Part shown: positions 1-9,117 of the stretch, in pieces
Numbering within the stretch: position 1 is the first letter of the stretch
How the letters are laid out: each line of letters starts with the position of its first letter
DNA from: a virus
Taxonomy: Duplodnaviria > Caudoviricetes
IMG/VR virus record: IMGVR_UViG_3300012232_000034
Span: 1 to 33,034 of that record
Length of the DNA stretch: 33,034 nucleotides
Reading direction: 5' to 3' (one strand)
The notes under the pieces: model-generated
The model's input: only the letters and a program-made list of their open reading frames with translations
The model's database searches: none
What the model was told of the DNA's origin: nothing
Position numbers and translations under genes: made by a program

Positions 1-189
1 AACCGCGGGCACACCGCCCCCACCCTCGACATGCGGCTGCTGCCACGCTTGCGGCGCTTCCGCCCGGCCTTCCCACACGTCGAAGATTGCCTGGTCGCCC
101 ATGTCGGCGCCGGGGTTCTCCGCTCGATACGACTTGAGCTTCCCCTGAAGGTCGTCGTCGCTGATTACCTGCCCGTTGAGATACGGCAT
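1..189 (-). CDS. Partial hypothetical protein (N-terminus MPYLNGQVISDDDLQGKLKSYRAENPG...), possibly an internal virion/ejection protein
   Basis: ATG at 189-187 overlaps the TAA of the upstream gene (TAATG); frame stays open to the window edge; position after the nozzle and collar genes. Confidence 0.65.
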   Translation of the reverse strand, partial: MPYLNGQVISDDDLQGKLKSYRAENPGADMGDQAIFDVWEGRAEAPQAWQQPHVEGGGGVPAV

Positions 190-560
190 TACGCTGCCAC
201 TCCTGAATAAATGATGTGGATGTAGTCGGCGCTTGCCGCACTATCCGGTGGGAGGTTAAACGTCGTCAGCCCATCCCCCGCACCGTGGATGTCACGAATT
301 TCCGTAAACAGGTCCGTATACTTCACCCGCTCGACTTCGCGGCCGTCGCACAACAGCCAGCCACTTGGGACTGTGGTGCCGGCGAAGTCCGTCACGGTGC
401 CAACCGGCACCAGCGCCAAACTCACTGACGTCGGAAGGGGAATCACTTCCCCATCCGCAATCAGCAGCGAGAACAACCCGGTCGCCCGCGCCGCGATATA
501 CTCCAGCGCACGAACCACTGCTTTGTCTTTGATGTTGCCGCGTTCAATAACCTCGATCAC
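189..560 (-). CDS. Short phage tail-collar domain protein
   Basis: VPVGTVTDFAGTTVPSGWLLCDGREV..Y.DLF..I...HGAGDGLTTFNLP is the classic tail collar motif; GTGA coupling with the upstream gene. Confidence 0.85.
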   Translation of the reverse strand: MIEVIERGNIKDKAVVRALEYIAARATGLFSLLIADGEVIPLPTSVSLALVPVGTVTDFAGTTVPSGWLLCDGREVERVKYTDLFTEIRDIHGAGDGLTTFNLPPDSAASADYIHIIYSGVAA

Positions 561-2524
561 GCGCGTTTCCCACTGAGTTCGAGCACGCCGAACCGCTCCA
601 GTTGAAACGGGGTATCCGCCCCATCCACATCCTCGAACATGAACTGCACCGCGCGAGCCTCGTTGATACGGATGTCATCGATCTTCCGCATGACCCACTC
701 TTCTGACGACACGGGCGACAAGTCAATGGACGCTGCCAGTTTCTGCACCAGACCAAAATCCACTATCGCAGTAACCGCAATCGCGGCCCCGTCTTCCGCC
801 TTCGCCAACAACACGGCCTTCTCGCACTTGAATTGGTGGAGGAGCGCCCCGTGCATATAGGGTTTGGTGACGATGCGGGCCGCATACGCGGTGCCGTTGT
901 CATCACTACCAATCGTCGTCTGCCAGAACAGCCCACCCGCTTCGGCTCCCACTACTCCAATGAACGGCACCAGTGCTTTACTCGACCCGTCCACAAAGCT
1001 GTCGTCGTCGATGTTGGTTGAGAACAAACACGCCGTCAGCGCCCTTGCGCTTGGCCCGGTCCACTTCCGCCACCCGCCGCGCCAGCCATTCGCCACCTTG
1101 CGCTGTCTGTCGACATGCAACACCAATCGTGTATCCGGGTATTGCTCATCCCCGGTCGGCACCCACCAATGGATTTGCCGATTCTCCGGGAAGTAGCACG
1201 ACACCGCCGGCACATTGGTCGCGTCGAGGTTCACGGTCGGCCACGTCACTCGTTGAATGTCGAGGCCGCATGGCTCGAGCCCGTCCGCGCCTAGTCTCCA
1301 AGGCCCGATGTCCGGGTCTAGCCCATACACCATCGGGTTACCTGAGACGTCGACCGCGGCAACCAACGAGCCAGGAATTGCCCCGCGCACTTTGGTGATG
1401 CAGATGGCGTCATAGGCCGCCGACCGTGTCCCGGTCCTATTCAACCGATACGCATGGCCGAACTTCGTCGCGAAGATATACCCAGTGATACCCCCGATTA
1501 GCCCGGTAATACCGCCATCCTGCAACGTATCGAGGTCTTTGATGTTGGTGGTCGCCAGCGGGATGCGCTCACTGTTTCCCACCCCGGTCAAATCACCCCG
1601 CGCTACTGTCCATGTAATCCGCGACGACTTCAGCGGGTCTTCAAAACTTCCACCACCCACCAACCGGTCGTCATCAACCGCAAGGTGCTCCACGCTCGGT
1701 ATGAGGTTGTAACTGCCAATCTCCTCACTGAGCGCCGCGCCCACAATGTCCCGATACCCGTCGGTAAACGCCGTCGAGTCGTCATACGTCAACGTCGCGT
1801 TCGTCAACCGCGCAATGCGGTAGAACGTGGCGTCGTCAAGGCTGAACTCGACTTCCCAATGGGTGTAGGGTTCGGTGCCGGTGAGCGGCTGTGTTACCCG
1901 CGCCGCAGTTCCGGTCCCACTCGGGGTAAATGTCGTGGTCGCGCTCGGTTCGCTTCGTCGCGTGACCGCGGTGCCTTCCACATCCACAAACCTAACCCGC
2001 ACATACCGCGTGCCCGTATACGCCACACCTGGTGTGCCCGTATCCGCTACGCCCGGCGCATCCGGCGCGGCAATGCCCGTCCGCCTGAACCCGTTGTCGT
2101 CGATGACATGCAGCCGATCAACAAGGCTCTTATAGGCGATGAACAGCTTGCCATCAAAAGACACCGACCGAACCTGGTAGACATAATCCAAGTTGATGGC
2201 ATCGCTTGGAACAAGCGAAAACCACCCACCCGAATCCTTCCCCACGAACTTGGCCTCGGGCGGCGAATACTTATACGCGAGTAGATACACCGCGGTTTCG
2301 GCCAAGTCCGGTGACGGTGTATGCCTATGCGACCACACCACTTCATCAAAGTCGGTAATGCCGCTTCCGGTCAGGTCAATTTCCAAACACCCTAACCGCC
2401 GCTCGCCCAACTTCGACACGACCGTCTCGGTGTTGTCCGTTACCGTGCATTGGTCGTCCGCAATCCCATCTGGCGCGTCCTCATTCAAGCCGCCTTGCAG
2501 CGACTCGATCATGAAATCCGCCAC
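557..2524 (-). CDS. Tail nozzle / tubular protein B-like (P22 gp10 / T7 gp12 position) virion protein
   Basis: 655 aa; N-terminal GGLN motif, beta-rich propeller-like composition; directly follows the adaptor gene (TAGTG coupling). Confidence 0.65.
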   Translation of the reverse strand: MADFMIESLQGGLNEDAPDGIADDQCTVTDNTETVVSKLGERRLGCLEIDLTGSGITDFDEVVWSHRHTPSPDLAETAVYLLAYKYSPPEAKFVGKDSGGWFSLVPSDAINLDYVYQVRSVSFDGKLFIAYKSLVDRLHVIDDNGFRRTGIAAPDAPGVADTGTPGVAYTGTRYVRVRFVDVEGTAVTRRSEPSATTTFTPSGTGTAARVTQPLTGTEPYTHWEVEFSLDDATFYRIARLTNATLTYDDSTAFTDGYRDIVGAALSEEIGSYNLIPSVEHLAVDDDRLVGGGSFEDPLKSSRITWTVARGDLTGVGNSERIPLATTNIKDLDTLQDGGITGLIGGITGYIFATKFGHAYRLNRTGTRSAAYDAICITKVRGAIPGSLVAAVDVSGNPMVYGLDPDIGPWRLGADGLEPCGLDIQRVTWPTVNLDATNVPAVSCYFPENRQIHWWVPTGDEQYPDTRLVLHVDRQRKVANGWRGGWRKWTGPSARALTACLFSTNIDDDSFVDGSSKALVPFIGVVGAEAGGLFWQTTIGSDDNGTAYAARIVTKPYMHGALLHQFKCEKAVLLAKAEDGAAIAVTAIVDFGLVQKLAASIDLSPVSSEEWVMRKIDDIRINEARAVQFMFEDVDGADTPFQLERFGVLELSGKRA

Positions 2525-4110
2525 TACTGGGATGCCTCATACGTCACGGTGAAGATGATGTCGGAGGTGGCTGACAAGTCACCCTGCACCAACGCTGTCA
2601 TCCCCGTCGCGGGCACCTTCAACCCATACAACGTCGCCTTCGTGGTTGCCGTCTGCACCAGCATCGACATACTGCCGAAAGTCGCAGTCATGGCCGCAAA
2701 ATATCCGATAGACCCGCCCGAGTTCGCAGCGTTATGCGCGGTATATGGAAAGCCTGCAATCTGCGCACTCGTGGTAATCGTTCCAAGGGCAGACAACGTC
2801 ACTCGCCCCCACAACGTCACATGCCGGCCAATCTTCACAAAGCGACCCGTCTGCACTGAATACGTCTGTCCACTGCTCCCACCCGACCCGGTGATTACCG
2901 GTGTCCAACTCCCCTCTTCGTAATCGTCGAGGACATTGACGTCTGTTGATGGGTTCTGGGTGCCGGGAAACTTAACCTGCCCATACCCGAGGGTGATGAG
3001 CCCAGTGGCACCATCAATGCTGATCGAGTGCCCGCCGTCCGCGCGACTCAACGCGACAAACGAACTCGCGACGTTTCCCGCCTGCAACGCTGCCAACCCC
3101 GGAAAGGCCGCCTCGTTGCCATACACCAGCAACCGCCCGCCCCGTGTCGTGCCTGTCGCGCCGCCGCCGTTAACCTCAATCGACGCGACGTCAGACCCAT
3201 CACCATACGGAGTGCGAATCAGGTTGGCGTTGGAGGCTTTCCCGAGCACGATGTCGCTCGTGAACCCCCACGTTCCCGCTACCGTCTCATCTTCGGCAAG
3301 AACGGCAAGCTGACTGGCGGCATATCCCCCGACCTTCGCGGCATCGAGGTTAGGCACCACGGCGGAGTTCGCGGTTACGGCAAACGGCGCCGACGGGTCA
3401 CGGTCGAAGGTAATCAACCCCGACTGCGTCCAACTCGTCCCGCCGCTAATGCCCGACCCGCTAGACGTCCCGCCGCTACCCACCGACGTCCCGGCTACCT
3501 GCCCCTGTCTTACCTGCGCCGCATTCGTCGCGATGAACTGCCGCAGTTTCGACAGCCGCTTCTCAGCCCGCGCTTCATGCACGGTGGCCGCGGCGATCTT
3601 CTCTTCGTCACGCCGCTCATCGGCGATCACGCTGTCGATCAAAATGTCGTGGTAGCTCTCGCTGAACTGCGGCACCTGGCTGCCCGACAACGTCTCCGCT
3701 GTCTCAACGCCATCGGCCTTCAGTTCATACGCGGTCTGCGGCAGGGTGTTGAGTAGCACCGTGACCGAGTCCGGCCCCATCCGCAGCACGGCAAATTCCG
3801 GAGTCGCGTCGGTCGCTGCCGGCGTCTGCTCCCGAATCTCCCTTACCGTCTTCGGATACACCACCACCCGCGACCCCGACCGGTCATCAACCAGCCGGTC
3901 AATCCGCTCGACACCCGTAAACTCTTGCTCCTGCACGCCGGTGGTCATCGCCGCGACGACCCCTATCGCCGGCCGCCCTACACTGACCCCAAGCTCGCTG
4001 GTCACCCGCTTGTAGTGGATGTTGACGCCTGCCCCTATCCGGGTGATCGACTCCGCCGACTCAATCCCGAGTCGCTGGCAAATAAGGTCTACAATCGTTG
4101 AAAATGTCAC
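2524..4110 (-). CDS. Head-tail adaptor (tubular protein A-like) fused to a tail fibre-like C-terminal region
   Basis: N-terminal ~200 aa MTFSTIVDLICQRLG...PQFSESYHDILID resembles podovirus adaptors; Gly/Ser linker; C-terminal LDDYEEGSWTP...GRFVKIGRHVT motif typical of phage fibre tips; GGAG RBS. Confidence 0.65.
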   Translation of the reverse strand: MTFSTIVDLICQRLGIESAESITRIGAGVNIHYKRVTSELGVSVGRPAIGVVAAMTTGVQEQEFTGVERIDRLVDDRSGSRVVVYPKTVREIREQTPAATDATPEFAVLRMGPDSVTVLLNTLPQTAYELKADGVETAETLSGSQVPQFSESYHDILIDSVIADERRDEEKIAAATVHEARAEKRLSKLRQFIATNAAQVRQGQVAGTSVGSGGTSSGSGISGGTSWTQSGLITFDRDPSAPFAVTANSAVVPNLDAAKVGGYAASQLAVLAEDETVAGTWGFTSDIVLGKASNANLIRTPYGDGSDVASIEVNGGGATGTTRGGRLLVYGNEAAFPGLAALQAGNVASSFVALSRADGGHSISIDGATGLITLGYGQVKFPGTQNPSTDVNVLDDYEEGSWTPVITGSGGSSGQTYSVQTGRFVKIGRHVTLWGRVTLSALGTITTSAQIAGFPYTAHNAANSGGSIGYFAAMTATFGSMSMLVQTATTKATLYGLKVPATGMTALVQGDLSATSDIIFTVTYEASQ

Positions 4111-4158
4111 ACGACTCCACTACGGCACGGCTATTTCCGCGCCCAAATACCCGACTGG

Positions 4159-4185
4159 TTGACTTGGCTTGAACTGTGCTAGACT
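4159..4185 (+). promoter_or_regulatory. Candidate sigma70-type promoter for the PEP-CTERM gene
   Basis: TTGACT (4159-4164) and extended -10 TGc-TAGACT (4177-4185); the 15-bp spacer is short; followed by AGGAGG at 4193-4198. Confidence 0.45.
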
Positions 4186-4207
4186 CCGCGGCAGGAGGCT
4201 AAACCCT

Positions 4208-4882
4208 ATGGTTCCCACCGACGACGAATACGCGGTGTCTTACGTCACACGCGGGCAGCTACTCACCGCCACCATTGTGCTGCTGCTGTTTATGCTCTAT
4301 GCCGCGGCTGCCCACGCCGCCCCGGTCACCGTCAACTTTGCCGCGGGCGACATCTGGGGGTCATACACCTACGACCCCACCACCCCCGGTCAACGTGGCC
4401 CCGACGACGACATGGTCTATCCCAACGCCATTACCGCTTTCACCATCCGCATCGGCGAATGGACCCTGTCGGGCACCGAAGGCACCCTACGCCTTGCGTC
4501 CGAGCGCGGGGAATTTGGCGAGGCGTGGTATAACGCCAGCATGTGGAACGGCCCCGACATGCAACTCGACCTGAACGTCTGGAGCCCAACCGATACCATC
4601 GTCGCTACCGAAGACCTCGCCGCCACACCCGACATCACCGGCGCCGATACCTGGCGGGAGGTCGTGTTGTATGACGAGAAGCGCACGAACGTCGCGCACA
4701 CCGCGTGGTTGACGGAATTGACGACGGCGGCAAGCGTTGAAGCGAAGGCAGCGGCATTCGCCACCCCCGCCGCCCCGCCCACCACCGTCCCTGAACCCTC
4801 AACCCTCGCCCTGCTCGCCCTCGGGCTGCTTACCGCCGCTTCCGCTTCAAGGATAGGGACGTCACGTATTTATGCACCGTGA
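4208..4882 (+). CDS. PEP-CTERM sorting-domain secreted protein (moron, inverted relative to the late operon)
   Basis: AGGAGG 9 nt before ATG 4208; signal peptide ...IVLLLFMLYAAAAHA|AP; C-terminal VPEPSTLALLALGLL; 3' end overlaps the convergent 1019-aa gene by 53 nt. Confidence 0.88.
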   Translation: MVPTDDEYAVSYVTRGQLLTATIVLLLFMLYAAAAHAAPVTVNFAAGDIWGSYTYDPTTPGQRGPDDDMVYPNAITAFTIRIGEWTLSGTEGTLRLASERGEFGEAWYNASMWNGPDMQLDLNVWSPTDTIVATEDLAATPDITGADTWREVVLYDEKRTNVAHTAWLTELTTAASVEAKAAAFATPAAPPTTVPEPSTLALLALGLLTAASASRIGTSRIYAP

Positions 4883-7800
4883 GTAACGACGTGCCGGTGC
4901 CGCCTGCACCATCCATGCAGTCGATCTGCACATCGTTCAACGTATCCTCTACCAACGCGACTCGGGCCGCCCATGAATCGGCCCCGGTCGCCACAAACTG
5001 ATTACCCCCATACACTGGATTCGGGTCGGTCACGTTCGTCAGCAACACGCTGGCGCACTGCCCGGCCGTCATCGTGCCCATCAGGTCCACGAGCCGACCG
5101 CGCTGTGTCCACGTCGCCGCCGATGTTGGATACGTAAACGTCGCCACCACGTTTGACGCGGGCACGTAGCTAATCACCTCCGACACCGTCGCGCTGTTAC
5201 CCGCGGCGTCCCTGACAGTGACCCGCACCGTGTTCAACCCCGAACTCAGCGCGATACTCGCAATCGTCCAACTCACACTGGTAGCCGGCAATGCCGTTCC
5301 ACCACACGAACCATTCACCGCCGGATGCTCCGCGACCAACCAAGTGCAAGTGGTCACGCCCACGGCGTCACTCGCAGTCCCAGCCATTAAGGTATACGGT
5401 GTCGCCGCCACCTGTGTCACCCCCGCAGGCGTTGTGATCGCTGCGAGCGGGTTGATAATATCTCCCGCCCCCGCTGCGGCGGTAAACACCGCATTCGATA
5501 TCCCCGTCTGAACCCCCCAGGCACCCGCACCGGCAAACCCTGATGTAAACACCGCCAACGGGTCAGTCTCGCAACTCCCCTGCACCACCCCCGCCTTGAG
5601 AATACACACCTGTTGCCCGATCATGCGACACTGGAAACTGTCGCCGCTCACCCACGGTGTGCGACCCTCAGTGGTCATGTCGATGCCGGTCCCAAGCTGC
5701 TGCCGCTGCGCACTCGACCCAACCACCACAAATCTCGCAATATACGAGACCGGGTTTTGCGCGGTGCAACTCATACCCTGATACAAACTTCCCGACAGGC
5801 TTGACCGTAGCAGCCCATACGCCCACACGTTGTCGGTCGGCGTCGTATCCAGCGTCATGCTCGCTTGCTGGTCGTTGTTAATCGCGCTGTTGTAGTAGAA
5901 CAGGTGCCGCGCATTCGACGCGCTCTCTAGGTGGTTGTTCGTCCACGTCAGCGACCCGGCCATCGCAACCCAACACGCTGGGTTCGGTGTCGGCCATGTC
6001 CCATCCAGTGAAAACGTATCCGCCAACCCGGTGCATGTCGTGCTCGTCCGCAACACATTCACCGTGATCGGTGACGCTGCCGCCCCGTCATCGTCGTAGG
6101 TGTTGATCGTCACAACGTTCACGCTGTTCGACGGCAAGTCCACCGTGCAGGACCACGCAGTTGGCGTGCCTGAGTTCACAATAACCGCGTCCTTGGTCGA
6201 CGAACACACCGTGCCGGACACCGTGCCGTCCGAATCGGCCGCCGTGCCGGTGAGCGTAATCGTCGCACTCGCTGTCGTCTGCGAGGTATTCGACGACGGC
6301 CCCACCAGTGTCGATGTCGGCCCGACATTCGGGCTCACCTCGCCTGAAATAGACCCCTCGGTCGGCGTCTCGTTTTGGTAGGTGTTATACAGCGTGCAGA
6401 CATACAGCCGCATCGCTGACGATTGAAAGTGACTACTCTGCGAACATGGCGCGTCAGGCCCGACGTTGTTCACCTGAGCGTAGTTCGCCCAGACGCCGTT
6501 ACCCCAATTCAGCGCCGTGCCCTCATTCAGCATGTAGTCAAAGAACGCGTTCCACCCATACTCGACCTTCAGCGACATCCACTTCAACGCCAACGCATGC
6601 ATCACAAACGGATTGTTCAAGTAGTGATACGTCGTGTGTGGGTCTGCCGAGCAGTTCGGGTTCGCCGGGTTCTCCCACGTATTGAGGTTCCAACACGCCG
6701 CCGGCCGACCGAGCATCGCAGACGAAAACGCCAAACACGTTGAAAAGTTCGCTCTCGTAGTAAGGTTCGACCCGCAGTAGGTAGACCGCTGGGTATTAAC
6801 CGCGGTGCTATCGATATACTTCCAAAAATACTCTTGGCAGAACCGCGACGGATTCACCGCGACACTGCCCGCGTTCATCATCGCCTGGTTATTCAGCAAT
6901 GACGCCCCCGCCAGCAGAATCGTATTCGAGCCGATACAGAACCCAGCCTTCCCCTGGAAATATGTGCGTCCAGCGCCTACCTGCCCATACAGGTCAATGG
7001 CGGTCTGGACAAACCGAATCGCCATCGTCGCCTTCTGGCCATCGGTATAGTTGGCGTGCAGTGCCGCGAGCACATCCGAAATGCCCCAGTTCACCGCGCG
7101 TCCATACGCCTGCGCTCCAGATGTTGTTGACCCTGGCGACCGAATCATGTTCCAACGACTGATGGGTGCGTATCGCTCCCACGTCTCGGACCCGTCCTCA
7201 ATCTGGATAAACGGCCCGCGCATGATGCCCTCGGCCTCAAGGGTCGCTAACGACGCCTGCCCCGTGACCAACGCATGGTCCTTCAGCACATCATACCGAA
7301 TCGAACTCACCAGCGGCGTATAGCTCTTGTCCGTGCCCGTCCATGCCGGCCGGAACACGTTGCCGCCCGAGTTCGGGTCACTCGCCACCACCGTGACCAC
7401 GTCAATGTAGTTCAAGCACTGGTAGTCATACGACGGGCTCGACGTCGTCGATTTCGTCGTGCAAGGCCCGTTCGGTAAGGTATTGTTCAACGACACCGCG
7501 AACAAGATAGACGACCCATTCGCGATACTCGTCGACGGAAACGAATTACAACGATTCAGCGCAGCGGAATACGTCGCTCTCGCCACCCGCGAGTCCCACC
7601 CTTGGGTAATTCCTCCCTGGTTCGCAAGCTGCACTGACGAAAACGTCGGTGGAATCGGGTTCACCATACACCCGTGCAGGGTAGGAAGAACACTATCAGT
7701 GTCTTTCGATGTTCGATCACATATCGTCACCGGCCCGATAATCCACGGGTCGCCGGTAATATACGTGCCCTGCGTCTTGGTTTCGCAGAACGTCACCGTG

Positions 7801-7889
7801 CCACCTTGCGGCAACGTCACCACTGTCGCCGCGGCTGCCGGCGCCGCCCACACCGCCAACACAAACAGAACCGCGCACACTACTCGCAT
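4830..7889 (-). CDS. Large secreted Cys-rich protein with Ig-like (Big/PKD-type) repeats and a possible lectin-like beta-sandwich
   Basis: Signal peptide MRVVCAVLFVLAVWAAPAAA; Ig-like motifs ITLTGTAADSDGTVS and GTASDAVGVTT...LSSGLNTVRVTVRDAAGN; TAATG coupling. Confidence 0.8.
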   Translation of the reverse strand: MRVVCAVLFVLAVWAAPAAAATVVTLPQGGTVTFCETKTQGTYITGDPWIIGPVTICDRTSKDTDSVLPTLHGCMVNPIPPTFSSVQLANQGGITQGWDSRVARATYSAALNRCNSFPSTSIANGSSILFAVSLNNTLPNGPCTTKSTTSSPSYDYQCLNYIDVVTVVASDPNSGGNVFRPAWTGTDKSYTPLVSSIRYDVLKDHALVTGQASLATLEAEGIMRGPFIQIEDGSETWERYAPISRWNMIRSPGSTTSGAQAYGRAVNWGISDVLAALHANYTDGQKATMAIRFVQTAIDLYGQVGAGRTYFQGKAGFCIGSNTILLAGASLLNNQAMMNAGSVAVNPSRFCQEYFWKYIDSTAVNTQRSTYCGSNLTTRANFSTCLAFSSAMLGRPAACWNLNTWENPANPNCSADPHTTYHYLNNPFVMHALALKWMSLKVEYGWNAFFDYMLNEGTALNWGNGVWANYAQVNNVGPDAPCSQSSHFQSSAMRLYVCTLYNTYQNETPTEGSISGEVSPNVGPTSTLVGPSSNTSQTTASATITLTGTAADSDGTVSGTVCSSTKDAVIVNSGTPTAWSCTVDLPSNSVNVVTINTYDDDGAAASPITVNVLRTSTTCTGLADTFSLDGTWPTPNPACWVAMAGSLTWTNNHLESASNARHLFYYNSAINNDQQASMTLDTTPTDNVWAYGLLRSSLSGSLYQGMSCTAQNPVSYIARFVVVGSSAQRQQLGTGIDMTTEGRTPWVSGDSFQCRMIGQQVCILKAGVVQGSCETDPLAVFTSGFAGAGAWGVQTGISNAVFTAAAGAGDIINPLAAITTPAGVTQVAATPYTLMAGTASDAVGVTTCTWLVAEHPAVNGSCGGTALPATSVSWTIASIALSSGLNTVRVTVRDAAGNSATVSEVISYVPASNVVATFTYPTSAATWTQRGRLVDLMGTMTAGQCASVLLTNVTDPNPVYGGNQFVATGADSWAARVALVEDTLNDVQIDCMDGAGGTGTSLLTVHKYVTSLSLKRKRR

Positions 7890-8662
7890 TAAAAGACCCC
7901 TAACGCTAGACCTGATGGACGCGGGGGCGACCCGCCTGCTGCCGCAACTTGCCTCACCGCGAAATGCACAATAGCGCGGTCGACGTTCGTCGTATCAGTC
8001 GAACCTACTGGCCGACTCCCCTGCCCCGCCGTTGTTTCAAACACCATCCGCGCCGTCATCGTGCCGATGTCGATCTGGGCGGCACTCGCACTGGAGTTCG
8101 CACCGACGTCATCCGTCGCGTCCGCACCCGAGGCGATACACGCAAATCGCAAACTGTTCGTGCCCGGCGACCCGTCATCAACATTCTGTTCAGCCGCAGT
8201 TGACGCTGTCTGCACCAGCACAATACCCGCCGCATACACTTCGGTTTCGGCCGCAGTCGCTGCCTCCACCGCAAACGCGCTCGCCCACACCGGGGTTGCG
8301 TCGTTCGTCCTCGTCACCGTAATCGTCACCGACCCGGTCGGCGGCGACGACAAAAACCACAACTTCGCGTTGACATCCTCGGTCCCGTCACGAGTCGCTT
8401 CGCCACCAGCCACCGCGGTCATCGACTCCCCGCCATACGTCACCGCGGTCGCCTTATTCGTAGCAGACCCGAGCGAATACGTGCAGACCGCCACCCCTTC
8501 GGGTGACGATCCACCGTTGAACGCCGTAGCAAAATCAAACGACGCCTGACTTGTAGACGCTGTCGTGCCCGCGTGTGATTCCGCGCTGTTACCTGCCGAT
8601 ATCTGCGCGAACACCGGTGCCGCCCACAACAGGAGACACCCCGCCAGAAGCGCCCGCCGCAT
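7889..8662 (-). CDS. Secreted Ala/Thr/Ser-rich beta-sandwich protein
   Basis: Signal peptide MRRALLAGCLLLWAAPVFA|Q; AVTYGGESMT...KLWFLSSPPTGSVTITVT motif; TGATG coupling. Confidence 0.8.
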   Translation of the reverse strand: MRRALLAGCLLLWAAPVFAQISAGNSAESHAGTTASTSQASFDFATAFNGGSSPEGVAVCTYSLGSATNKATAVTYGGESMTAVAGGEATRDGTEDVNAKLWFLSSPPTGSVTITVTRTNDATPVWASAFAVEAATAAETEVYAAGIVLVQTASTAAEQNVDDGSPGTNSLRFACIASGADATDDVGANSSASAAQIDIGTMTARMVFETTAGQGSRPVGSTDTTNVDRAIVHFAVRQVAAAGGSPPRPSGLALGVF

Positions 8663-9117
8663 CAGAGAGTTGCCGCCATCGCCAGCTTGAGCGCCGCATT
8701 GCCGTTGTTGAACTCGTCATTCACCGCGGTCTTCAACGCGGCTACCTGAGTCGCCAACGCGCCCGCGGGTAACGTCCCAAGGGCACTAAGCGTGGTGTAT
8801 TGCGACAACTTCACCCGCCAGGCCGCAGCCGTCACCGAATCCGCTGAGGGCGACACCACCGGCGCCGCACCAATCACCAGGCCCTCTGTCAACCCGCCCG
8901 CCGTCGCCAACGACTTCTTGTTGTTCAGCAGCACCAGAATGCGGTCGCGCTCCTGCTGCACGCGCAACAGTTCTTCCGCCTTTGTGCCTGTTCCCGGCGT
9001 ATGTTCAAACCGCCGCACGGGGTCGTTCACATCTCCCGTAAACGCCAGCGTGATACTCTGCACGCCGCCGTCATCTCCCCGCGAGACCCTCTCAACTACA
9101 CAAGCCGTATACGCCAT
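8662..9117 (-). CDS. Hypothetical protein
   Basis: 151-aa ORF abutting both neighbours in the late operon. Confidence 0.75.
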   Translation of the reverse strand: MAYTACVVERVSRGDDGGVQSITLAFTGDVNDPVRRFEHTPGTGTKAEELLRVQQERDRILVLLNNKKSLATAGGLTEGLVIGAAPVVSPSADSVTAAAWRVKLSQYTTLSALGTLPAGALATQVAALKTAVNDEFNNGNAALKLAMAATL

